DNA from: a virus
Lineage: Duplodnaviria; Caudoviricetes
DNA: 55,089 bases
IMG/VR virus record: IMGVR_UViG_3300009078_000004
Span: 1-55,089 of that record
Strand: one strand, 5' to 3'
How positions within the stretch are numbered: the stretch's first letter is position 1; the number at the start of each line of letters is the position of its first letter. The notes beneath the pieces are model-generated. The model was not told where the DNA came from. It saw only the letters and a program-made list of their open reading frames with translations, and made no database searches. The translations under genes were made by a program, and so were the position numbers. Shown piece after piece: positions 17,926 through 27,433 of this stretch.

Positions 17926-19352
17926 CGAACATGACGAGTGCGCTCGACAACCCGGACGACCTGGAGTTCCGTGTAGAGGAAGCAGCCGACGACGCGGAGG
18001 GGCAGACTGCGGCGACGTCGCTGACCGCGTGCGGGTGCGCTACCCGCGCCGGCGTGTCCGAGTTCAGCGTCGCCACCGACGGGACGACGTGTGCGTGTGA
18101 CCCGGATGGGGTGGCTAAGCCGATGGCAGCCGGGGGCGAGTTCTGCGCGTGCGCATCTAGCCAGACTGCTGCGGTGCGGGACGACTTCGACGACATGCCG
18201 TTCGCGTCCCGGGACCGTGAGTGGGATGTCGCTGAGGCTGAGGCTGCGATCTCCCGGTGGGCTACCGACGATGACGGCGACATCGACTTCGGCCGGTACG
18301 GGCGGGCGTTTATCTACCAAGATCCAGACGGGCCGGTTGACGTCAAGTCGTCGTACAAATTCCCCGTGGCTACGGTGATCGGCGGCGAGCTGACGATCGT
18401 TCCCCGCGCTGTGTCTGCTGCTGCTGGTCGACTGAACCAGGCGAACGTGTCGTCGGATGCGCGTGAGCAGATCCGGGGCACGCTGACGGACCTGTATGAC
18501 CAGATGGCGGAGGAGTTCGACGACGATACGATCCAGGCACCGTGGGAGATGTCCGTGGAGACGGACAACGATGTCGACGAGGACGACAACTTCGACACCC
18601 CCGACGACGATGCGATCGGCGACGAGGTCCACGGGGGTGAGTTCTGCGGCACGTGCGGCGGCGACCCACTCGACCAGGTAGCCGCGGCCTACGGCGTATT
18701 CGGGGACATCCCCCCGCACCCGATCGAACTGTTCCAGCGGACCGCTACCGGGCCGACCCCGATGACGATCCTGGAAGACGGCTCGGTGTTCGGGCATATC
18801 GCGCCATGGGACTCGTGCAACCGCGGGGTGCGCGGGCGGTGCCTGCCGCCGCCGAAGTCGAAGACGAACTATGCCCAGTTCCACACCGTCCCCATCCGCA
18901 CGTCGGAAGGCACCCTGCGTGTCGGGAAGATCGTCATGGGTGAAGGCCACGCCGACGCACAAGGCAACATCCAGGTCACCCGCGCGTTCTACGACCGGGC
19001 CGGCTCAACCGTTGCGCAGGGCAGGGCGCACGAGGACGAGTGGGGTGTGTTCTTCTCCGGTGTCATCGGTCCTGGTGTCACCGCGGAGCAGGCGGTCGAG
19101 TTCTTCTCGATGCCGCCGTCTGGGCACTGGTCGGAGCACCGGCCTACCCGGTCGTCGGAGTTGATCGCTGTCGCTGCGGTGAACGTGCAGGGGCATCCGA
19201 CGCCGGGTCCTGATCTGGTGCTGAACCAGGTCGCCTCCGGCTACTACGAGCCGGAGGCGGACGCCGTGGACGATGCTGCGGCGGTGTTCGCGATCCTCGA
19301 CCAGGCCGACTGGGCCGACGAGGCCGCTAAGCTGTCGTTCAACCTGCTGTAG
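17922..19352 (+). CDS. Second head-maturation protein (protease-like domain)
   Basis: DREWD..YKFP..VPRAV domain; GSVFGHIA.W..C, GHA, SGHW, ELIAV.AVN motifs of cluster-B-type maturation proteases. Confidence 0.7.
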   Translation: MTNMTSALDNPDDLEFRVEEAADDAEGQTAATSLTACGCATRAGVSEFSVATDGTTCACDPDGVAKPMAAGGEFCACASSQTAAVRDDFDDMPFASRDREWDVAEAEAAISRWATDDDGDIDFGRYGRAFIYQDPDGPVDVKSSYKFPVATVIGGELTIVPRAVSAAAGRLNQANVSSDAREQIRGTLTDLYDQMAEEFDDDTIQAPWEMSVETDNDVDEDDNFDTPDDDAIGDEVHGGEFCGTCGGDPLDQVAAAYGVFGDIPPHPIELFQRTATGPTPMTILEDGSVFGHIAPWDSCNRGVRGRCLPPPKSKTNYAQFHTVPIRTSEGTLRVGKIVMGEGHADAQGNIQVTRAFYDRAGSTVAQGRAHEDEWGVFFSGVIGPGVTAEQAVEFFSMPPSGHWSEHRPTRSSELIAVAAVNVQGHPTPGPDLVLNQVASGYYEPEADAVDDAAAVFAILDQADWADEAAKLSFNLL

Positions 19353-19365
19353 GGAAGGGGCACCC

Positions 19366-19557
19366 ATGGGCAAGGATTGCGGATGCGGCGGCGGCGTCTC
19401 CGGCGGCAGCAGCGCAGCAGCACGAGCAGCAGCCGGTCCCCGCTTCGCACTCACACTGCCGAACGGGACGCGGGTGGGTGACTATCCGACCCGGTCGCAT
19501 GCGGAGATCGCTAACGCGCGCGTCTACTCGAACAAGGGCCGCGTGACGGAGCAGTAA
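19366..19557 (+). CDS. Small CGC-motif head-associated protein
   Basis: MGKDCGCGG; RBS; follows protease genes. Confidence 0.65.
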   Translation: MGKDCGCGGGVSGGSSAAARAAAGPRFALTLPNGTRVGDYPTRSHAEIANARVYSNKGRVTEQ

Positions 19558-19558
19558 C

Positions 19559-19590
19559 GGGGTGGGGCGCATAGGGTGCGCCCCACCCTT
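19559..19590. terminator. Bidirectional terminator hairpin
   Basis: gggtggggcgca-taggg-tgcgccccaccc between convergent genes. Confidence 0.7.
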
Positions 19591-20099
19591 CACGCTTCCT
19601 CGGCCAACGGCAGTTTCTCGCCGCCCCTGCACCTGTGATGCCGCGGACCGTGGACGACGATCATGCCGTCGCCGCGTATAGGAACGAGCTTCTTACACTG
19701 GGAACACACGCCCTTAGCGCGCTTTGGCCCACCGGCGACGAGTAGCCACGACCGGTTCAGCCGTATCGGCGTTCCTCGCAGGTAGACGGCATCCCACGGC
19801 ACCCACCGTTTCTCGTCATGCCACCACCAGTGGAACTCGGCTGGCTGCCCCGATGACTGTGCGGCGGTGTCGTGGCGGCTGTACACGTCCTGCGGCCAGC
19901 AGTCGCTGCGCGCCAGCGTCACCCACGATTCGTCTTCGGGCTCACGCGGGATGATCCGGGTGAGGAGGACGGTGGGGAACTTGACGAAACCGCTGCCGGG
20001 GATCTCGATGGACACGTATCCGTCTTCCTCGACGCCGGCGAATTCGCCGCCGCCGAGCGCGTCGGGCAGCCTGTAGCGCTGCCGGTAGCCCTCAGACAT
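19590..20099 (-). CDS. Hypothetical protein with C-terminal Zn motif
   Basis: CSQC..H..C.GG; 8-nt overlap with upstream gene. Confidence 0.7.
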   Translation of the reverse strand: MSEGYRQRYRLPDALGGGEFAGVEEDGYVSIEIPGSGFVKFPTVLLTRIIPREPEDESWVTLARSDCWPQDVYSRHDTAAQSSGQPAEFHWWWHDEKRWVPWDAVYLRGTPIRLNRSWLLVAGGPKRAKGVCSQCKKLVPIRGDGMIVVHGPRHHRCRGGEKLPLAEEA

Positions 20100-20625
20100 C
20101 GGTGCCCCACTTCTGCCGGATCGCGTCCATGGCTTCGTCAGCCTGCGTCTTCGTCGGCTGGTATTCGGACCAGCGCTTAGCCCAAAAGTTGGCGAAGTCG
20201 CGGGCCGCGCTGTAGTCGCCTTCCTCAATCATCTCGGCAAGTTTCACCCACGCCTCGACGACATCGCCGATCATCTGCGCACCGGGCCCTGTTACCGAGT
20301 CTGTGCCGATCAGCGACTTGACCTCTTCGATGTGGTGTTTGACCTTTCCCAGGAAGCGGAGCCGCTCCGTGTGCCGGGCGTCATGTTCAGCCTTTGCTGC
20401 CAGCCATTCGGTGCTTTGGCGTCCGTCGCCAGGCTTCGGCTTGATCGCGGTTAGCGACAGGCGGTCTTTGCCCATGTGGCTTTCAACGTCTTGTGACGTC
20501 ATCACCAGGACGCGGAGCCATAGCAGCGGGTAGGCGCGCAGCCACTGCACCTCGGCTGGGCGTGCTTTGCCGCGTAGGTGCAGGTTCGAGTAGCGGCGGG
20601 CGCGGACGATGGGTGACTCGTTCAT
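20092..20625 (-). CDS. Hypothetical protein
   Basis: 177 aa; 4-nt overlap. Confidence 0.7.
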   Translation of the reverse strand: MNESPIVRARRYSNLHLRGKARPAEVQWLRAYPLLWLRVLVMTSQDVESHMGKDRLSLTAIKPKPGDGRQSTEWLAAKAEHDARHTERLRFLGKVKHHIEEVKSLIGTDSVTGPGAQMIGDVVEAWVKLAEMIEEGDYSAARDFANFWAKRWSEYQPTKTQADEAMDAIRQKWGTDV

Positions 20626-21083
20626 GCCTTGACCCGGTTGATGCCGGTGCGGCGGATGTAGTTGCGCAGGCTGGACGCGTTCACGTGATCGGCGAGCGAC
20701 GTCACGGTGCCTTCACGCATCAGCCTGCGGATGTAGGAGCGGGACACGCCCAACACGGCCTGCGCCTGCGCTGCCGGTACGAGGTCGTGGGGGTGGCCGA
20801 TCGCCCACGCCACGTCCTGGCCGATCTTGGTACGCCAGAACTCTTCGGGCACGTCGCCGTTGCCGAACAGGGCTTGGCAGACCATGATGGCTGACCCTTC
20901 GTTGACGAGTCCGCCATCCCGGTTGTGCAGGTGGTGAACGTGTCTGGTCGCTGCGGTGAGGATGTGTGAGCGCAGGTCGGAGGCGGTGGTGACGGCGAAT
21001 GTTTCCATGTCGGAAAGGCGTGCGAAGAGTTGGTGGGCGAGGTTGATTGCCTCGTTTTCGAGGACGTCCCTTGTATCTGTCAC
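20622..21083 (-). CDS. HTH DNA-binding protein (excisionase/MerR-like), probably leaderless
   Basis: AAQAQAVLGVSRSYIRRLMREG; TATGGT-6nt-GTG. Confidence 0.7.
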   Translation of the reverse strand: MTDTRDVLENEAINLAHQLFARLSDMETFAVTTASDLRSHILTAATRHVHHLHNRDGGLVNEGSAIMVCQALFGNGDVPEEFWRTKIGQDVAWAIGHPHDLVPAAQAQAVLGVSRSYIRRLMREGTVTSLADHVNASSLRNYIRRTGINRVKA

Positions 21084-21135
21084 GTGTACACCATACCATG
21101 AGGGTTCACGCACACGACAACCGGAGGCGAACGTC

Positions 21136-21510
21136 ATGCACTGGCAGGCAGAGTCCAACGGCTGGGTCGCACACCCCACCATCGGCGACACCGTCACACC
21201 CTGGAACGAAGTCCAGCTCGCCGGCGCATACGCCCTCGGCCTGTGGCGAAGACTCACCCACCGCTGCACGCCCTGGTCGGTTGGCGTGCACGGCTACTTC
21301 GCCGAGATGCAGGTGACCGAACGGTGCTGGTGCGGCGGTGTCCGTGAGGGCCGGACGGTTGGCATGGTCCACGCGTGGCGGGGTCCGGAGTCGCCGGAGC
21401 CGCTGCGCTACGAGTACCACACCGGCTGGCGTGACCGGTTCTCCCGCTACTGGGGCACGGCAGTGTTCTACCGTCCTACGCTTCGTGCTGTGGATGAGGT
21501 GGAGTCGTGA
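21136..21510 (+). CDS. Hypothetical protein
   Basis: GGAGG RBS; HRC..CWCG. Confidence 0.7.
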   Translation: MHWQAESNGWVAHPTIGDTVTPWNEVQLAGAYALGLWRRLTHRCTPWSVGVHGYFAEMQVTERCWCGGVREGRTVGMVHAWRGPESPEPLRYEYHTGWRDRFSRYWGTAVFYRPTLRAVDEVES

Positions 21511-21812
21511 TGCCGGTTCAGGTGTTCGTGGGCATGTCGGTGCTGTACGTGCTGGTGGTTGCGGCGGGTGTGGTGGCGTGGCGGTGGGATCGCGATCACC
21601 GCGCTAAGGCTGCCAATGTGGCGCTGGTTGTTGCCCGCCGCGAAGCCACACAGTTGAAGATTCAACTAAACCAGGAGCGGGAAGACCGCCGCGCCCTTGA
21701 GGGGTACTACATCCTCGAAGACTCCGCCAACCTCGACCCTGAATGGCGCACGACGATGGCGTGGGCGGACAACGAACTCGAAGCCAACGACCCGAAAGGC
21801 AGCACCTCATGA
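21507..21812 (+). CDS. Membrane protein
   Basis: N-terminal TM segment plus coiled coil; overlaps. Confidence 0.7.
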   Translation: MMPVQVFVGMSVLYVLVVAAGVVAWRWDRDHRAKAANVALVVARREATQLKIQLNQEREDRRALEGYYILEDSANLDPEWRTTMAWADNELEANDPKGSTS

Positions 21813-21931
21813 ACTGGCTTACACGCGTTCGGCTGGCGCTGACGCCGACGTATCTCGCCCCCCTAGACCGTGCCCGACTGTCGTTCGGGCAGCGCCTGAT
21901 CGCCGCACTCGCACGGAGGGGGACCCGATGA
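21809..21931 (+). CDS. Small hypothetical protein
   Basis: ATGA overlaps at both ends. Confidence 0.5.
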   Translation: MNWLTRVRLALTPTYLAPLDRARLSFGQRLIAALARRGTR

Positions 21932-22047
21932 CCGCGCGTAGCTACCGCCGTAGCCTCATCCGGCAGGCACCCCACCTCATGCTCACCTTCGGACTCGGCC
22001 TGGTCCTCGTCTTCGCCGCCGTGTACGACGAACTGATATGGCTGTAG
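21928..22047 (+). CDS. Small membrane protein
   Basis: GGAGG RBS; one TM helix. Confidence 0.55.
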   Translation: MTARSYRRSLIRQAPHLMLTFGLGLVLVFAAVYDELIWL

Positions 22048-22162
22048 GCTGTGCGGGCAAAGTGTTCCCGCAGGGCACTGATGTGGGCCACGGGCGAATG
22101 CCAGCGGTGGCGTGCTGTAAACGACCGCTCCGAACAACATGCGGTGCCGTTATAGGCCCACT

Positions 22163-22199
22163 ACGAAACCCTCCACATGGCTCGTGTGGAGGGTTTCGT
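22163..22199. terminator. Hairpin insulating the capsid promoter
   Basis: acgaaaccctccaca...tgtggagggtttcgt. Confidence 0.65.
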
Positions 22200-22324
22200 G
22201 CATCCCGCACCGTGTGTGCGCTAGCCTGAGACTGGAACATCCGCCGCAGGTGCAGTGCTAAGGGCCGACCGGGCGACAGATTGCTAAATCTTCTGTCCAC
22301 CGCGCCGACCAGGGAGCACCTGAC

Positions 22325-23959
22325 ATGGCACTGAATTTCAGCGTGCCGGCCGACTTTTCGGCTGCCACCGACACCGAACTCACCGAGGTCACGCAGGCCG
22401 CCCGCGATGCCGCACGGCCGCTGCTCGCCGACATGGCCAACCTGACTGACGCGCAGAAGGACGAACTCCGCGAGCTGTCGCAGGTCGCCGTCTCCGCGCA
22501 GGCCGAGGTTGCCGCGCGTGCAGAGAAGGCCGCCGAGTTTTCCGCTACCGCTGACGTGTTCTCTGCCCTCGACGCCGCAGACGCCGCTTCTGCTGCTGCC
22601 GCGCCCGCCCCGGTCGCCGCTGTCGAGCCGGTCAAGCAGACGTTCGCGCCCGCGCCGCGGGTCAAGGACGTCGCCGGTAAGGCTGTCGCGCCTCGTACCG
22701 AAGCGATCGCCGGCGAGGTTCTGCCCGCGCTGAAGTCGGTTCTCAACTACGCGCCGCGGGTCGAGCTGACCGAGTTCACCGGCATGCACCAGCTCGCCGA
22801 CGCGCTCGTGAACATGATCGGCGGCTACAACGGTTTCAAGGGCGACTACGACAAGCGGACGTTCGCGACGATCAAGCGCGAGTTCCCGGCCGACCTGATC
22901 GCCCCCGACAGCACGTCGCAGTCCGCCGAGTACGCGATGCTCCTCCACGCTGGCGAGCTGTACCCGCAGAACCTGAACCAGGTCGCCGCGGCCGGCTGGT
23001 GTGCCCCGAGCATGACGCTGTACGACCTGTGTGAGCTGGAGACCGTTGACGGGATCCTCCAGCTCCCGGAGATCAACATCACGCGTGGTGGCATCTTCTT
23101 CACCACCGGCCCCGACTTCGCTACGATCTTCGGCGGCACCGGGTACTGGAACTACACCGAAGCGCAGGTCATCGCGAACACGGTCAAGCCGTGCATGGAG
23201 ATCCCCTGCCCGCCGTTCACAGAGCTGCGTCTGAACGCGCTCGGCGTGTGCATCACCGGCGGTCTGCTCCAGCGGCGCGGCTACCCCGAGCTCGTCGCCC
23301 GGTTCATTCGCGGCGCGCTGATCGCCCACCTGCACCGCGTGAACGCGTTCGTTCTCGCGCAGATGGCCGCCGGCTCGACGCTGGTCGACTTCGACCCGAT
23401 CCCAGCCGGCAGCCTGGTTGGCGACAACACGTCGTCGGGCCTGTTCGCCGCTGCGGAGATGGTCGCGATCGACATGCGCTACCGCAACCGCATGGCGTGC
23501 GACGCGATGCTGGAAGTGGTGCTGCCGTGCTGGGCGAAGGCGCAGATCCGCGCGGACCTGTCCCGCCGCACCGGCGTAGACCTCCTGTCGGTGAGTGACA
23601 GCGACATCGATCGTTATTTCGCGGACCGGAACCTGAACGTGCGCTGGGTGTACGACTGGCAGGACGCCTACTCGGGTGTTGCGACCGGTCCGGGTGCGGC
23701 GCTGCCGGGCATCACCACGTTCCCCGCTACGGTCGAGTTCCTGATCTACCCGGCTGGTACGTGGGTGAAGGGTGTCGACGACATCGTCCGGCTGGAGACG
23801 GTCTACGACTCGACGAAGCTGTCCACCAACCAGTACACGGCGCTGTTCACCGAAGAGGGCGTCCTCGTCGCGAAGATGTGCCCCGACTCGCGGCGTGTCG
23901 TGTACCCGCTCTGCCCGACTGGTGCCACGTCTGACCTGGTCACCCGTTCCTGCGCGTGA
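22325..23959 (+). CDS. Major capsid hexamer protein with N-terminal scaffold-like segment
   Basis: AAAGWCAPS.TLYD, LPEINITRGG, KPC.EIPCP, GWYPELV-like RGYPELV, ALFTEEG (cluster B-type capsid). Confidence 0.9.
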   Translation: MALNFSVPADFSAATDTELTEVTQAARDAARPLLADMANLTDAQKDELRELSQVAVSAQAEVAARAEKAAEFSATADVFSALDAADAASAAAAPAPVAAVEPVKQTFAPAPRVKDVAGKAVAPRTEAIAGEVLPALKSVLNYAPRVELTEFTGMHQLADALVNMIGGYNGFKGDYDKRTFATIKREFPADLIAPDSTSQSAEYAMLLHAGELYPQNLNQVAAAGWCAPSMTLYDLCELETVDGILQLPEINITRGGIFFTTGPDFATIFGGTGYWNYTEAQVIANTVKPCMEIPCPPFTELRLNALGVCITGGLLQRRGYPELVARFIRGALIAHLHRVNAFVLAQMAAGSTLVDFDPIPAGSLVGDNTSSGLFAAAEMVAIDMRYRNRMACDAMLEVVLPCWAKAQIRADLSRRTGVDLLSVSDSDIDRYFADRNLNVRWVYDWQDAYSGVATGPGAALPGITTFPATVEFLIYPAGTWVKGVDDIVRLETVYDSTKLSTNQYTALFTEEGVLVAKMCPDSRRVVYPLCPTGATSDLVTRSCA

Positions 23960-24029
23960 TCCCCTGTCCTGAGTTGGTTGCCCCCACCCGTACGCGGGTG
24001 GGGGCTCACCCCGAAGGAGGGGAGACACG

Positions 24030-24938
24030 ATGGCGCTAGGCACGATGGGGCCGGCGAGGCTGCCCGTTTCGCAGCGTCCGCAGCCGGGGCCGCTGCGCTA
24101 CGGCCTGTTCAACGTCGCACCTCCGCAGACGTTGCAGCCGACCGAGGATGATCCGAACCTGCCGGATCACGCGTACGGCGGCGGTCTGGTGTACGACCAG
24201 GCTGGGTGCGGTGTCGCATTCAACTACGAGATCAACTGCGACACGCCGGTAGCGAAGACGTTCTCGGAGAACAACCCCGAGGTCGAAGTCCTGCCGTGGA
24301 ACGTGTACGCGTCACTTCAGTGCGGCGTGTTCGGGTACCGGCCCGACTACCTCGCAGCGAAGACGGATCTTCGCATGTTCTCGAACGAGCAGCATGCCGT
24401 GGAAGAGGCGTTCTGGACCGGTAGCGCCGGTAACCTGCCGCGCCTCGACGACCCGGTAGGCGCTACCGACGTCGGCGGCGGCGGTACGTTCGCGGACATC
24501 ACCGATGCCGTGTCGGCGCTGGAATCGTTCGCGTACGACAACTACGGGTATCACGCTGTGATGCACGCGAACTCGTCGGTGCACGCGTACGCGGCGGATG
24601 CGAACCTGGTCCACTCCACGTACGCGTACGGTGCCGCGTGGGGTACGTCGTCGTCGGATCCGACGCTGCGTACGTCGCTGGGCACGAAGTGGGTGTTCGG
24701 CGGCGGCTACCCCGGTACTGGCCCGGATGGTCTCGCGCCGGGTGCGGGCGAAACCTACATCTGGATCACCGGGAATGTCGCGGTGTGGCGTCAGCCGACG
24801 TTCACGCCTTCGCTGTGGGAGACGTTCGACCGGAACCTCAACCAGTGGATGGTCCTGTCGGAACGCGGCTACCTGGCCACCTACGACTGCTTCCACGCGT
24901 ACGCCCTTGTCGACATCCCAGACCCGGCGGTGCCGTGA
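24030..24938 (+). CDS. Major capsid pentamer protein
   Basis: PLRYGLF..A, EQ.AVE..FW, LRT.LGT.WVFGGGY, N...VL.ER.Y; follows the hexamer gene. Confidence 0.8.
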   Translation: MALGTMGPARLPVSQRPQPGPLRYGLFNVAPPQTLQPTEDDPNLPDHAYGGGLVYDQAGCGVAFNYEINCDTPVAKTFSENNPEVEVLPWNVYASLQCGVFGYRPDYLAAKTDLRMFSNEQHAVEEAFWTGSAGNLPRLDDPVGATDVGGGGTFADITDAVSALESFAYDNYGYHAVMHANSSVHAYAADANLVHSTYAYGAAWGTSSSDPTLRTSLGTKWVFGGGYPGTGPDGLAPGAGETYIWITGNVAVWRQPTFTPSLWETFDRNLNQWMVLSERGYLATYDCFHAYALVDIPDPAVP

Positions 24939-25225
24939 TGACCGAACGTGTGATCGTGAGGACTGGCGAAGGCCAGTCCCTGTCGGAGCTGGCGGCGGCG
25001 CTGATCGCGCTCGCCGACGACCCGCACGAGGTCCGGTTCGAGCACCGGGCCGGACACCTGACCGTCCCCGAGTATGTCGCCGCCCGGTACGCCGACGGCA
25101 TGACCGCCGAAGACGGGCCCGAAGTTGCGGACTCGGACGCTGGCGAGGATGTGGCCGAAGTGCCCGCTAAGCGGAAGCCCGGACGCCCGCGTAAGACTGC
25201 TGCTGCTAAGGAAGAGGTGAAGTAA
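24938..25225 (+). CDS. Small virion protein
   Basis: LAAALIALADDP..V; basic tail; 1-nt overlaps. Confidence 0.65.
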   Translation: MTERVIVRTGEGQSLSELAAALIALADDPHEVRFEHRAGHLTVPEYVAARYADGMTAEDGPEVADSDAGEDVAEVPAKRKPGRPRKTAAAKEEVK

Positions 25226-26172
25226 TGGCTACGATCTGCCTCAACCCCGCCGGCGGCACGATCCTGCGGGCTACGCAGCTCGACGAGTGCGGCAACCCCA
25301 CCGGGTGCTACATCGTCAGCAAGTGTGTCGCCACGGTCGAGACGACCGCGGAGCTGATCGAGGGCACCGAACTCGGGCCGGACTCGCTGAACATGGACGG
25401 CACGGCGTGTTTCGTGTACCGGACGTGCCCCACGATCAAGTGGGAGAACTACACGGTCACCCTGAACCAGGTCGACCCTGACCTGTGGAACATGGCCACC
25501 GGCGCGACGCTCTATCTTCAGAACAACGCGCCGACGCCAGACGTCATCGGGTTCACGAACACCCGCAACATGCCCTGCGACGCAAACTGGGCACTGGAAC
25601 TGTGGCTCCGCGACGTCGGCAAGGTCTGCGCGCCCGGGGAGACGCCGTACATCTACTGGGTGGCACCGTGGCTGATGCAGGGCACTCCCGGTGACCGTAC
25701 GGTCGGGAACAACGTCATCAACTTCGTTGTCAGCAACGCGATCAGTGGGGTTCCGTCGCCGTGGGGTGTCGGCCCGTACAACGTCGAACGTGACGGCGTC
25801 ACCTCGCTGCCCCGTCCGATGCTGACCGCCATCCCGGTCACCCCCGGCGATGAAGGCCTGTCCCGCCAGTTCCAGACGACCCTGGCCCCGCCGCCGCCGG
25901 TGTGCGGCTGCCAGGACCTGGAACCGGTCGTCGATGTTGCGCCGCTCGCCGGCGCAGACCCGCTTGACGTGACGATGACGTTCCCGCTCGGCCCGGACGG
26001 TCTGCCGATCCTGCCCGCGTACATCGACTGGGACGACACCAACACGGAGACGGTCACGTCGGGTACGACCGCTGATCACACGTACCTTGTGGTGGGTAGC
26101 TACACGCCCACGTTCACGCCTACCGGGTACAGCTCACCTACCTACACCTCGGCACCCGTCGTGGTCAGCTAG
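25225..26172 (+). CDS. Major tail protein with C-terminal PKD/Ig-like domain
   Basis: LRATQLDECG.P, WALELW, WGVGPYNV; IDWDD..HTY..G.Y. Confidence 0.85.
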   Translation: MATICLNPAGGTILRATQLDECGNPTGCYIVSKCVATVETTAELIEGTELGPDSLNMDGTACFVYRTCPTIKWENYTVTLNQVDPDLWNMATGATLYLQNNAPTPDVIGFTNTRNMPCDANWALELWLRDVGKVCAPGETPYIYWVAPWLMQGTPGDRTVGNNVINFVVSNAISGVPSPWGVGPYNVERDGVTSLPRPMLTAIPVTPGDEGLSRQFQTTLAPPPPVCGCQDLEPVVDVAPLAGADPLDVTMTFPLGPDGLPILPAYIDWDDTNTETVTSGTTADHTYLVVGSYTPTFTPTGYSSPTYTSAPVVVS

Positions 26173-26189
26173 AGCAGGAGACAGAAGCC

Positions 26190-26759
26190 ATGGCGTACGC
26201 CAAGAGAGTTTTCGACATCGCTGCCGGTGCCGGTGCTACCGCGTTCACTGGTGCTGGTGGACTGTTCGGTATCAACCTGAGGGAAGACACGGCTGTAGCC
26301 GCCCCGACGTCAGTGATCGTGTACGACAACACGGCAGCTTCTGGTGTGATCGTCGCCCAGATCCGGCTTGCCGCAGACGGCGAGTTCCAGGTGAACTGGG
26401 AGCGTGGCGTCAAGTTCGGGACCGGCCTGCACGTCACGGCCACGGGTGGCGACATTTCAGGGTCGCTGCTGATCGGCTCTGGCGGTGGGCTGCGGGCGCT
26501 GCCGTTCGCTGGTGCGGACCTGCTGTTGCAGACCGGGGCGTCGAGTCTCGATTCTGTACTGATCGCTGATCTGGGTGGTGCGGTCGGGGACTGGCAGCTG
26601 TTCGACAACACGTCGGCGGCGGGGGTTCCGTTCGCTGGTGGTGCGCCGGCCGCGAACGAGACTACCGTCCTGAAGTGGACCGGTGGTGTGACGATCTCGA
26701 ATGGTCTGTTCTTCGATCAGGTCGCCGGTGCCACCGGCGGCGCAGCCTACGTCTACTAA
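26190..26759 (+). CDS. Virion protein with an internally duplicated domain
   Basis: YDNTAASG..W..GV.F..GL versus FDNTSAAG..W..GV.I..GL. Confidence 0.75.
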   Translation: MAYAKRVFDIAAGAGATAFTGAGGLFGINLREDTAVAAPTSVIVYDNTAASGVIVAQIRLAADGEFQVNWERGVKFGTGLHVTATGGDISGSLLIGSGGGLRALPFAGADLLLQTGASSLDSVLIADLGGAVGDWQLFDNTSAAGVPFAGGAPAANETTVLKWTGGVTISNGLFFDQVAGATGGAAYVY

Positions 26760-26770
26760 GGAGATTGATC

Positions 26771-27316
26771 ATGGCTGGCGGATCGCTGACCCTGACGACC
26801 AACACCTACGCGGCACTGACGCACATCGCACAGCGTGTCCTGTGCTCCGTGTCCGCGGCGAACCGTCCAACGGTCCAGATGCGTTCTGGTGCCACCGCTG
26901 GCACGATGAGCATCTACCTCCCGGAGGAGTCGTTCGGCGCGAACCTTCTCCTTCAGCGCGGCGGTACGAACCTGCTCGCCGGCTACGTCGCGGGTACGCA
27001 CATCTCGTTCAACGCCGGCAATGCGACGACGATCGGGCAGGACGTGAACACGTGCCCGGCATCGACGAACCAGCCTGTGGTGTCGGCGGTGACGACGAAC
27101 ATCGGCGGCAATCCGGCGTCGATGTCGATCACGTACGCGAACGTTGCTGCTAGTGGCCTGGTCAACATCCACTGGAATGACGGCACGTCGACACTCGGCG
27201 CTGCCGAGTCCGGCACGTCCGCGCACGTGTACCCGTTCCCGGGCGTGTACAACATCCGGATCGAGGACGCCACCGTCACGACCGACTTCGGCATCACCAC
27301 CGTCAAGATCCCGTAA
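26771..27316 (+). CDS. PKD-domain virion protein
   Basis: AAGGAG RBS; IHWNDG..HVY..PGVY.I. Confidence 0.75.
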   Translation: MAGGSLTLTTNTYAALTHIAQRVLCSVSAANRPTVQMRSGATAGTMSIYLPEESFGANLLLQRGGTNLLAGYVAGTHISFNAGNATTIGQDVNTCPASTNQPVVSAVTTNIGGNPASMSITYANVAASGLVNIHWNDGTSTLGAAESGTSAHVYPFPGVYNIRIEDATVTTDFGITTVKIP

Positions 27317-27327
27317 CACCTGTTCTA

Positions 27328-27366
27328 CCGGTCGCCGCCCGTCTTTGGGGCGTGGGCGGCGACCGG
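27328..27366 (+). terminator. Hairpin terminator or attenuator
   Basis: ccggtcgccgccc...gggcggcgaccgg. Confidence 0.6.
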
Positions 27367-27433
27367 GCAACACCCTTCCCACGCCGCCCGGTGGGGCACG
27401 CAGCGGCAATAACAACCGCCAGGGAGTGCCCCT

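Noticed and set aside
21983-24043. 686-aa antisense ORF (also 15883-17568, 34313-36097, 32861-34252, 24838-26079)
   Set aside because: Shadow ORFs opposite well-supported genes, expected with high-GC codon bias; Arg-rich and motif-free
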